The notes under the pieces: model-generated | Told to the model about the DNA's origin: nothing | The model's input: the letters and a program-made list of their open reading frames with translations, nothing else | Databases searched by the model: none | Translations under genes and position numbers: made by a program | Source of the DNA: the human T2T-CHM13v2.0 reference genome, Homo sapiens | Assembly: GCF_009914755.1 (NCBI RefSeq) | Contig: NC_060938.1 | Length of the DNA stretch: 64,000 nucleotides | Direction: 5' to 3' (one strand) | Shown: one piece after another, positions 45,931-60,483 of the stretch | How the letters are laid out: the number at the start of each line of letters is the position of its first letter | Position numbering within the stretch: the first letter of the stretch is position 1

Positions 45931-47099
45931 CACAGAATCCTCTCTGCTTCCTCCCCACGCCTCCCCCATCAATTTCCATGGCTCTCCCTCTAATTGTCAT
46001 TGTTTCCTCACCATTGCCAGTTTCCAATGGCAGGAACTCTCACCTCCCATCTGTCTTACTCTCACTATGCTACAAACCCTAAATTCCTTTTTAACAAGTG
46101 ATATGTCATTCTTCCTTTCCAAAGCTCATCGAAGAATGTTTCTGCAGAAGACAGTGACCACAAGGTGGCAAATTACCTTGAGAAGAACTCAGGCTATGGG
46201 GTCAGAACAGTCAGATGAGGCCGGCTCAGGTCCCAGCTCAGCCATCTGCAAGCTGTGTGACCTGCTCTTTATAGGCACGTGATAGCCTCTCACATGCTGT
46301 CTGTATACCAAGTCTGACACACAGTAGGTGCCCAATAAATGCTTGGTTTTCTGCCTCTCAATCAAAATCCAGAATGGTTTGGAGTCCAAAGCAGATGGAA
46401 TAAAATAAATTTAAAATTCTTTACAGTCCTATAGTGCTAAACAGCTTACTTTCATAGTTCATTTCTTAGAAGCCTAGAATATCGGATGGAAATAGATTTT
46501 TGTTTTACTCTACATCAAAGAGTTGTATTAGAGAAATTCAGGTTGGTTTTCCTATAACTTTAACTTCAACAACTCTGATGATGGAACATGCCACGTCTAA
46601 GGGGTGAGGGTAAGAAAGGGTGGTGTTAGAAAGAGGGAACTTCAAAGGGCTTTAATAAGAATAAAATTCCATTGGAGTCACCGTATGTCCAATCCTTCCT
46701 TTCTCAAGAACAATCCATTAAAAATCAGGGAGGGGGAGGTGCCCAAGAGAGGGGTCCTTAGGTAGTCAGGCCATGGTATGCCGCCAGAATGCCTCCAGAA
46801 AAATCAGGACCTCTGGCACCACAGATTTGTGAGTTCTGCACACAGATTTGGTAGTACAAAGAATTGCGATCTTCCTCTTTTAGCAGGTAGAGAAGGATAG
46901 CATTTGGGTGACTTTCTTCCTATGGGATCAAAGTGCGACAGGGAGATTTCCTGGGAGAGAAAAGCAAGATTGGGAGCTGGGAGGAGCCGGGCTTTGTTCT
47001 CATCAAAGAAGAAAAGAATGTAGGGGAAAAAAACTAATGAGTGACTGCCAAGAGATTTAAACACGGATTATGTATCTGGTAGAGAAAGAACACAATTGA

Positions 47100-47602
<503 letters not shown>

Positions 47603-48185
47603 ACGTTTACATTTTCTACAGCAGCTGCAAAAAAGTTTCCTCCTGTGACAATATTTGGTGCCTTGGAGTCAACAGCCTGGAATTTATAACCTTTCTATCC
47701 CAGGGCAGCCTGTCTTAGGCTTGAAGAATGACCAGGTCCAAACAGTCTGGCCTCGTGCATACCCAGAGGGACACTCGGACCTTGGCAGACAGATGGGGAA
47801 GTAGATGGAAGGTCAGAAACACCAACACTGCAAAACTGCTAAATTGTCTTTCATAGAGTCCAGCTTCTCCCTCCCCCTCCAAACATCTGGACTTGTGACT
47901 GTAAAGGGGAGGAGGGTAGCCAATGATTTCTGGCATCCCAGAGCAACTAAAGGAAAATATTTTTCACTACTCTTATAATCTATGCTATGCATTCTAAGAG
48001 AAATCATTGATAAATAATATATTTTGAATAACACCTACATGTGAAGTTTATAGCACCAGGAGAACTTGCAAACAGTCCTGGTTTTCACAGATCTTAAATC
48101 TAGGGGAAAGCACAGAACATAAAGTATAAAAAGATTCCTCACAATACAAAACCATATATATAAGGGCCAAACTGGTATGCAGCCA

Positions 48186-48493
48186 GCTGGGCGCGGTGGC
48201 TCACGCCTGTAATCCCAGCACTTTGGGAGGCCGAAGTGGGTAGATCATCTGAGGTCAGGAGTGCAAGACCAGCCTGGCCAACATGGTGAAACCTCGTCTC
48301 TACTAAAAATACAGAAATTAGTCAGGTGTGGTGATGGGTGCCTGTAATCCCAGCTACTCGGAGGCTGAGGGAGAAGAATCACTTGAACCTGGGGGTGGGC
48401 AGGGAGGCATGGAGGAGGCTGCAGTGAGCCAAGATCATACCACTTCACTCCAGCCTGGGTGAAAGGGCAAAACTCTGTCTCAAAGAAAAAAAA
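48186..48493 (+). mobile_element. AluS with a short G-rich insertion in the right arm
   Basis: TSD TGGTATGCAGC. Extra GGGGTGGGCAGGGAGGCATGG at ~48391-48412. Confidence 0.88.
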
Positions 48494-48671
48494 TATTTGG
48501 TATGCAGCATTTGCAGAAACAAGACTGCACAATTATTAAAAGACAGTGGCAATGGTGAGGAAGGAGAAATCAAATTCAATGACTTTCCCTGGGCCAGGCA
48601 CAAGGGCTAGGCATTTGGTACATCATTTTACTTAATTTAATCCCTAAAGCACTCGTTTAAGACAAGTATTC

Positions 48672-48946
<275 letters not shown>

Positions 48947-51900
48947 TAAGACAAGTATTCTTATGCCACAATGAGTAACAAAACAGAGGCTCAGGGACCA
49001 GAGACTTCAGGTAACATGTCCAAGGTCACACAGCTAGTGAGTGGCCCAGGGAGGCTCTAACCTGAGCCTCTTTCTAGACCTAACTAAGATCTGCTCTGAG
49101 CCTGCTGCGACATTGGCCAACCTGCAGGAGCTGGGAGGAAGCATGGAGACCCTCCAGTCCCCGTCTGCACCAGGGCAAGCGTGTGGTTCTCTCGGATCCT
49201 GCTCCTTCCAATGCTGGGGAGGCAGAAGGACCTCTCTGGGGCACTAAAGCTCATGGGAGACAGGCCCAGGACAGAGTTTCTGACTCCTGCTCTACTGCGG
49301 GCAGGATCGGGCAGGCGGGGAAGCCAGAGTCACGCTTTGAGAGCTTCAGACTGTGGGATCTTTTTCATTTCTCTGCTTCCTCACTGTTTCCTCGGACTGG
49401 CCTCCTCCTCCTGAGGGTGACAGAGCCGCTGTGCCCATCTGCAGCACCAATTCGGGGCCACTCCCCTGCAAATGCAGGTGAAGCTAAGCCTGGGCTGGAG
49501 GCCTGGGGGCTGGTGAATGCACCAAAGCCAGGCCAGAACCCCCACCTCCCACGCGGGACTCTGCTGGGAAGCTTGAAATGCAGGGAAATCTCTTGATGTG
49601 TTTCTCATCAGTAGAAAAGAATAGGAGGGTTTGGGGGTGGGGGGCAATTTCCAGTTCAGAAGAATCCTAAGATAAGAAACTCTGCTCTCCTTACAGTTAA
49701 AACAAACAAACAAAAAGCTTTCATTCAGAAGACCCACAGCTGCAAAGAGAAAGAGAGAGGAAAGAGAAGAAGGAAGGGGGGTGCAGGGGAAGGAGGTAAA
49801 AAAAGCTACTAAAATTTGGTAATGTTTTTTCCCCTCTGAATGTGTTTTTCCCATTCATTTTTCTTCTGCCCAAACTGGTTGGGGCGTGTGTTCTGAGGGA
49901 AGGGGGAAACTGATGTGTGTTAGAGAGACATATGTTGGAATAAGCAGCTCATAAACAGACTTTGACCAAAACTTTCCATTTAAAAGTAAACACACAGGAA
50001 ACATGTCTCAACTTGGACTATGGTGATTAAGCAACTCAATTTGAGAAGATAAGGATTTTTTTTAATGTGTCTCAATGGTTTATGGAGGTTTTCTCCAGAT
50101 GATTTAAAAATCAGCAAAAGTTAGGAATTAATGTGGAATCTCTGATGCTTCCCACGCTCTTTCCGTACCTCTCACATCCATGGCAGAGTCTCAGAGATGC
50201 TTTGACAAATAATGCAACACGAACCTTATGTAAGAAAAACAAAAGGTTATGAATGTGATCAGAGACTCTGGCCAAGAACATGTGCTTCCACAAAACAAGG
50301 ACACCAGTTTGGCTCTTCCATGGAGATTTATGCAAAGGGTGGGTGTTATTCTCATCAATTCAGTGGATAAACAATAGGGGGGAGGTTGGGATGATTTGAT
50401 GGACAGCTTTTGGAAATGATCTTCTGCTTGGCAAAACACTGCCGTGATCATTTTATTCACACGGAAGGAAATGCAAAGAAGTGTCACTAAAACAAGGGAG
50501 GTAATTGTAGGGCATGAATCAAAAAGCTGGATGACACAGAACGAAGAGTAACTGAATTAGTCCCATCACGGTCTTGAAATCTGCACTTAATTTCAAGAGA
50601 AGAGCCTGACCTCTCATTGCTGGCTAACAAAGCTATGCATCTATTCCCTCAAGTTTCATTTCCACCTTATAAACTACAAACACCATGTTGCAGAGGGATA
50701 TGCCTCGACTGTCATGGCAGCCCAAGAAACTCAGAAACAACATCTCAAGAGCTGGAAGCGATAACCCTGCAGTTCTCCAGTAAGAGTTAAATCTTGGGAC
50801 GACCCTGGCAGCTGGTTGTCTAGCCTCGACTGGCATCCCTGGGGGTAGCTCATTCTACCTTCATCCCCTTCATCTGTCCACCCACCCAACAACTCTAGCA
50901 TTTACCCAGCTTCTGTTATGTGCCTGGCACACTGTCAGATGCTGTTCTGTCTTGACCCCAAATCCTTCTTTCTATAACTTCGATCCATCAAGTCCAAATC
51001 TGTCCTCTCTGATGGTGAGGATGGCTGGCATGCTAACCTTCTGAAGGTGCTCTTCCCGGGTTACACATTCCCTGTTCTTCAACAGTAACACATGGATGCC
51101 CCTGCCAACCTGATCGCTTTCCTTATCAATCCCCCATTCTATGTTCTTCAAATCTTTTATGAATGATGGGTTCCACTTCCCATCTAATTATACTGCACCT
51201 CTACTTCTTAATCTCCCTCCTTTGTTAATCTAGAAAATTTGCAAGTATTTAGTGTGACCAGAACTTGGAGAAGACAAAATGCTGAGATCAAAAATATTCT
51301 ATGAGACCATCTTAGATGTGCTAACAGGTTTTTATTTTCTATTATTGATGAAAAATGTGCTATTTTTAAGCTTCTACAAGACAAAGTGCCGCCTGTTGTT
51401 TCACGTTGTACACGGTTGATTTCATGCACTTTTGACAGTTTTCCTATTTCTAACATGAGGATCAATTTCTCCTCCTCTGGGAAGGCGAGGGGTTTGACAA
51501 ATATGCAGAATGCAGGTGAGCCCCACTTTGCAGACACTTCCCCCTCTAACGATGCCTAAGGCGTCGCTGTGCTCAGGAATCCTTGGCTGGCTATCCCGAG
51601 AAGTAAATACTCACCAAGCAAATCTGCAAAGACTCCAGGCACCTACTAGGCCCATCAACACTGCAACTTTCTTCTCATGAGGTATTGGAAACACAGAGTT
51701 TCTTTGGTATCCATCATCTCAGGAGTTAGGTCAATGGAAATTTATCTGTAGTAGACTTAAAGAACTTCTAACGCTTTGGCTATTAAAATACAAACCAGGG
51801 ACTGAGGGCACCCCAGGAGGTCAGAAGATAAAAAGGTAACTCGGAGTGGTTCTCTCAGTCACGAGTTTGACTCAGTACCTGAGTAAAATAGATATAATCA

Positions 51901-53433
51901 GCCCAGCTACTTAAACATTCAACTTTCAAAGTGAGTGTGAAAACAGAATGAAATTGGATGACTGGGCATAATATTCATGAGCTACCCCTGATACAAAGTG
52001 CTCAAAGATAACAGGGACTGTTTTCCATTTAAATAAAACAACACAGGATTGACTCAGAATTAAACGTATAATGAACAGCATACCGAAGGCAAAATGCTGA
52101 GAACAAAATTATTCTATGAGACCAACTCAGGAAATATAATGGAAGTCAAAAGACAACATGATTTGATATGAAAATAAAATTATAGCCAACTAATGGATTT
52201 TTAAAGCTCCCACTGTCAATGAGCACTGTGTTTTTTAAAGAGTGTGCCCTTACAATTTAAGCCTTTCCTATTCTTCATCCCCTCCAATTTTTTAACAAAA
52301 TATAATGTATATTTGGAAGTGCTACCACTTTGAAAGCCCCGGTATTCAATCCCACATCTACTTTACTGCATTAATTTACCACACTCTCCTACCTGTTTAG
52401 CACCATGAAGCTTCATATTGATTTTTTTAAATTTAATATTCTTTCAAAAATTACTCCCAGCAAAAAGTGCTGTTTAAACATAATCTTTCAAAATGCATAA
52501 TGCCTCACGCTTTTAAATTAAACTTATCCAAATAAGTGTATTGAATATGAGGGGCATTTAAAAAACTATTTCGGGTTTCCATCAAATATGTTGCTTTCAA
52601 GTAAATATATTTGTAATAATGAAGCAACTAATCGAAATCCTTGCAATCTTTCTTTATGCTTGACTGAATTAACACTTGCAATGACACCACAATCTAACAA
52701 TTAAAGTCCTTCAATGTAAGTTAAAACTGATTTCATTGTGGCTTTGCAGTGCTTCTGCCAACTATTAAACGCACAACACTCTGAATAACTAGAATGAAAG
52801 ATGTCTTATAAATTAAAAAATTATTGGATCCTATCCAAGCAATGAATAAGCTATTCCTTGCTGTGTGCAAATTCAGCATTCTGAGTGGAGGAATTAACAC
52901 CGTTATGTTAACAAGATTAACATTTTAAGGATTTTCTAATCTTCTAATTGTCTAAAAGGATGAGTTCCCTAAACACCTCAGTACCTTCCCCACCTCCTCC
53001 CAATGCAATTCCCCTATCTACTATTCCCAGCCTCACTATGACAGCCAAAGATTATTTACCTGGTGAACAATGACTGATAACTTTGTTAATTTGAATATAC
53101 AGTGACCACTCTGTACAATTTCTATACCCTTAGCAGTATTACTCTATGAAGACATTTAAATTAAAAAAAAAAAAAGGACATCAATAGGGCAGCAGGCAGG
53201 ATAATAGAACTTGCTGAGTCAGCACTAAAATCTGCCATTTTCATTAAGAACCTCAATATCAGAAAGGCCAAAATCTTTGGAGAGGCCATTAATGTGTGTG
53301 GTTTTTTTTTTTTTTTCTTTTTTGCGGCTCGTTAAATTCCTCTGAGGAAGCAAACAGAAACAGCTAAAAGGAGAAGCTTAAATGTCTGGAATTTATTCCA
53401 AAAAAAAAAAAAAGATGAGAGTAAAAGAAACTT

Positions 53434-53758
<325 letters not shown>

Positions 53759-55039
53759 TAACTCTGCAAATTTTATAGTCATCCAAAAAATAAATCTTTA
53801 GACCTAGATCAGCAAATGAGTCTTGTGGATTTTTCTAACTTTGTACATGTTAAGCCACAATACTTTACATGAAATATAGACTATGATGTCATTATTTTTA
53901 CATTGAAAATTTTAAAGCAAAAAAAGGGAAAGCTCATTAAAGAAAAAAAAAAAAAAACCATCTCACTCAGTTTCTGACCATCTAACACCCAATCATGGTC
54001 AATCCATCATGGAGGCCAAAGGTACGTAGGATGCTGGGATTTCTTTGGAATTACCAAGGAAACACAAAACAACGCTGGCTCTGAAAACCAATCATCCAGG
54101 AAACTCTCCATAAACCATACTGTTTGATTAAATGCAAAACCTGTTCTCCAACCATGGTGAGAGAGGATTAAAATGTTTTTCTGGAAACTGACTTTGGATT
54201 GGTGCCTATAGCAGAGAAGGTATTACATAAGACCCATATATATGTCACTCTCTAAAAACAATCTGTTGTCATAAACATTATTATGGGGAGAGCTGCTGTT
54301 TATAGGGTGTTAATGTAGTGTTACGAAGTTTAAATACCCCCACTATAAGTACCAAAATCACAAAGTCAAGGTCACCCATTGAGGAACTGTCTTTTCATTT
54401 AACTGTCAGACATTGAGAAAGGTTAGAAAAATAGAAATTTCCTAAAAAGTTGGTGGGAATGTGGACTAGAACCGAGTGTAAAATCAGAAGGCAATTTGGC
54501 AATGTCTACTGGAAACATTAAAATACGCATATTCTTTAATGAGAAATGACGTATCTAGGAAGGAGGGGCACAGGCAACATAAAGATTAGAACAGCTCAGT
54601 GGACTTTTCCGAAGAGGTACGGGCAAGCAACCCAAACACACCACCCCTCCTTCCACTTTCCAGATCTAGATTCCGAAGGCCCCACGCCAGAGTCTCCTTG
54701 GCAAAGGTGTAGATTCCCCAAGCAAGCTGGCGTGGCTCGGTGTGCATGAGTAGCCCGAGCTCAGCCACGGGTACTCTACAAAGCACAGTGGAGTGCCATT
54801 TCACAAAACTAACGTTCCAAGAACTGTAGTATCCAAACTACAAAGAGACCCCTCGTGTGGCTCAGCAGATCTTCCAGAGAATGAGGCAAAAGCAAGAGCC
54901 CTTCACAATCAGCTCTTCACTAAAGTAGGTCAGGCAACTCTCAGTGCTGCAGTGATTTTACTTTTCATTCTACCAAAAACAATCGGGATATCTAAAATTG
55001 ATCAATGAGTCTGCATTTTGGAGACTGCTTTAAAAAAAA

Positions 55040-56720
<1,681 letters not shown>

Positions 56721-56771
56721 TTCTGCTTCTCCATATATTCATCAGCAAAATGTCTCCCTTAAGAAAAGGGT

Positions 56772-57230
56772 TGCTATGGGGTGATTTATGCCTCCCCAAA
56801 ATTCCTACATTGAAGATCTAGCCCCCAGTACATCTGAACATGACCTTATTTGGGAACAGGGCCATTGAAAATGTAATTAGTTAAATAGGATGAATTATTA
56901 CGGGAGAAAGATGGGCCTCTAAGCCAATACGACCAGTGTGTCCTTACAAGAAGGGAAAATTTGGACATAGACACCACATGGAGAAAACGAATGCCAAGTG
57001 AAGGTGAAGGCAGAAATCAGAGTGATGTTTCGACAGGCCAAGGAAGGCCAAAAGCATTCCAGCAAAATGCCAGTAAACCACCAGAAGCTAGGAGAGAGGG
57101 GTGGAACAGACCCTCCCTCACAGCCCACAGAAGGAACCAACCCTGCCGACACATTGGTCTCGGACTTCCAGCCTCCAGAACCTTGAGACAGTAAGTTTCT
57201 GTTGTTTAAGTCACTTGGTTTGAAGTACTC
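56772..57230 (+). mobile_element. MLT1B/C-like MaLR LTR
   Basis: GACCTTATTTGGGAACAGGG...CCACCAGAAGCTAGGAGAGAGG...GGACTTCCAGCCTCCAGAAC. Confidence 0.82.
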
Positions 57231-57346
57231 CACGCTGAGCTCTGCACTTCGATTAAAAACAATTCACAAATTTGGTATCAACAAAGCAGGTGTGGAAGAA
57301 CATCCTAACATACATTCAAAAGGGCACTTTAGAAAACAGAGGCATG

Positions 57347-57678
<332 letters not shown>

Positions 57679-59107
57679 TTAGCATGGTATTTGGATGTGA
57701 GCAAGGTCTGGGCAGTGCTCTCAAATGTCTCGCTTTTCCCGCAGCATTTCCAGCCACCTGCAGCTCAGTTCAGAGTGACATTTGCCAAGCACACCTGCAA
57801 GTCCTAGCAATAACCGCCCATCTAGTATAATCACCATCTTCTTCAGGATGCTAAGTACCAGCCCCATGAAAGCCAAGCACTTCCCAGGTACCCCTCACAG
57901 CGATCCAGCAAGGGGCTGACGGGTGATTCCCCGCATCACAGTGGACCCAGCCAGATCACGTCAATTCGGCATTTTGGGGTCCCTGTTTAATGACTCGGTG
58001 TTTCACTTCCATCTTCTCTAGGTCATGTCAACAAGTGGCCTGATGGCTTAGAATTGAACCAAATGCCACATCACTGTTAAGACACAGAAATATTGTACAA
58101 TTACCCAGTGTTCAGTGGCTTCAGTGCAATTTCACACACTAGAGGATCCTGAAGCAAACTCTCAGCTTTCAGATGAAGGGATGACAGTCCCCAGGAAAGA
58201 GAAAGTGACTTGTTCTCATGGACTTAAGGCATGGAAGAGGCAGACTAGAATCTCATCTGTCATCTCCCTCCACCGCCAGTGACCTCTGTGGAGGTGAAAT
58301 CTAAGCACCGCATGGGCAGAAGCAGAAACTGGTTTTTTTTTTCCCCTCAGTCAACTGGGGATAAAGGCTGGAGGTGACGGAGTGGGGTCTGAAATATTCC
58401 TTCGGAAATGATTTTCATTACAAAAGCTCTGGTTCATCTGCATTTTTATGTCTATATTAAAAATCAAATGAAGTAATTAAGCTAAGGCCAGCTCAGAATG
58501 CCTCTCGCCTGAATATGCATTCCTGTTCCAACCCCCAGAGCTCCTCTATAATCCTTCGAATTATTAAATAATTACTGTGTTTCCCTCGGGGTCACATTTG
58601 GCAACAAAATACTGGTCTAAAGGAACCAATGACATGACCCAGTGAGTAACACTCATGTTCTTAACTTCCTAGAAGCAAAGGGAGATGAAATACTTCTGAG
58701 GTGCAGAGTGGAAAACCCAGAGAAGGGTATTCCATGCAGCTTGGAGAGTCGGGGGGTGGGGGTAGAATGACAAAGAAACATGAGAATCTGGGAAATATTT
58801 CAATAATTAGTGTCACGTCCTCCTTCACCAACCTTGTACATCGGCAATTCTCCACTCCAATCCTGGTTCTCTTCCATTTGGGGAGTGGCTATGGCCACAA
58901 GGAGAAAACCAAGCATATGGCTCTGTCCTTCTGGACATGTCTACTATGTTGGCTGGGCTGCTTTGGAAAATCCCACTTTCTCTCCTACAGCTATATGACC
59001 TCAAGTTGTCATTTCGAATAAAGTATGCTTCCACTGATTTTTATGAACACAGACAAAAGCTGCTACAACCTTCCCCCCCACACACCAAACCTTTCAAATC
59101 AACTGTA

Positions 59108-59281
59108 GTTGCTATGTAAGGTTATTTGTTTCTAAGGCAACAGTGTATATCTAAGTACTAATGGCCTGTCCTTTTGCCAGGCAACAAACAGCCTTGTGAT
59201 GCAACTGCACCTGTCTCGGCTACGCGTTACTATGGAGACGCTCCAGTTGCTATGGGTACCATCACGCTAATCGCCTAGCAA
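59108..59281. promoter_or_regulatory. Homotypic RFX X-box cluster with (G)ACGC motifs; candidate antisense promoter or enhancer
   Basis: GTTGCTATG 59108, GTTTCTAAGGCAAC 59128-59141, TTTGCCAGGCAAC 59173-59185, GTTACTATGGAGAC 59226-59239, GTTGCTATGGGTAC 59246-59259, CCTAGCAA 59274-59281. Six CpGs in 59217-59273. Confidence 0.7.
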
Positions 59282-59863
59282 AGGCAGACATACAGCAGTC
59301 TTCTCAGAGAGCCCAGCTGTTCCTCCCTGTCTCTTGCTGAAGACTGATTGTCTAGGGCCTGTGATGGAATGCTTCTCAACTGAGATGCAGAAGAACTTCA
59401 TTAATGCTATTTCAGAAGATCACTTTGTGCTCCCTCCTGCAGAACAAACAGCAGACTAGGAAAAGAATCTGCAAAGAAGTGGACTGTAAAATTCCTGAAG
59501 TCTATGACATCATGCCATCCCTAATTAACCTCAACTTGCAGTCCAAGGATAATTCCTCTTAACTAGGTGGTTACGATAGAAACATTTCTATACATTTTTA
59601 AATATTTTTTTGTAGAACTGAGGAATGCACTTCAAATTCAAGTACTATGTATTCATAAAAATTGATCTTAAAAATTTGGTTCTGATTATTTGGCTCTCTT
59701 TTGGAATCTAACATTAAGACACTTTTTAAAAAAGTGACAGGCTACTTACCCTCCCTTCCAATGATATATTTGTAAAAATGGTACCCATGACCTTACTGTC
59801 TCAAACAAATGGGCATGTGAGGAGGATAAAATGTCTCTATTGTTTCTACTGTTCTCCTTGAAG

Positions 59864-60168
59864 AAGCAAAGACCAAGTAACCACAACAAAATGGTCACCT
59901 GGGAGCACCGTCTACATGGAGACTGCGAAAGACAACAGTGGGGACAACTGAGTGAGCCTCCACTGAATGTCTGCAGAGACCGGCCAGATGAGGGGATGAT
60001 GGAGTTGCCTGCTTGACTCGTTCCTGTACTTTTATCCCAACAAAACATGACACACACCGAGATGTGAAAGCTGTCGACTTTTCTTTGTAAATGTTTCTAC
60101 CCAGGAAGACATGATTTCACCCACCATGAAGCCTTCTGGAAGCACATTCCTCTGACGCTGCAGCAGCG
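59864..60168 (+). ncRNA. Candidate exon of a transcript antisense to FOXN3
   Basis: Long pyrimidine tract 59833-59859, then AAG/AAG acceptor (59861-59866) and donor CG|GTAAGG at 60169. It lies downstream of the X-box cluster. No transcript evidence is available from the sequence alone. Confidence 0.4.
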
Positions 60169-60346
60169 GTAAGGTTTGTAGGAAATACAACAGTGGATAT
60201 GCCTCCTAATAATACTTAATTTCTTTCTCATTTACCTGCAGTTATTTTTAAAATCTCGTACGGCCTATTAAATTAATTTCCGCGCAGGTCTCTGCCAAAA
60301 TAATGCCATTTCAGTAGACCAAAAAAAAGAAGTCTGAATTGCTTAC

Positions 60347-60483
60347 CTTTGATATGCCTGAGGACAGGTGGGAGGTGTATTGAACACGTGTGGGTGTGGG
60401 TGATAAGGTGTCTTTTTCAAAGCCTGAATTAGATTTTGTCTATACTCTGGGTCTATGCACCACAACGACCCTTTCCCAATACT
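60347..60483 (-). CDS. FOXN3: FOXN3 internal coding exon (137 nt, phase 0 to phase 2): C-terminal end of the forkhead domain and following linker
   Basis: Acceptor TTTTCTTTGCAG (AG at 60485-60484) and donor AG|GTAAGC (60346-60341). Translation [45 protein letters not shown](S) contains the FOXN2/3 GKGSLW wing motif and matches human FOXN3 as I recall it. Confidence 0.97.
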
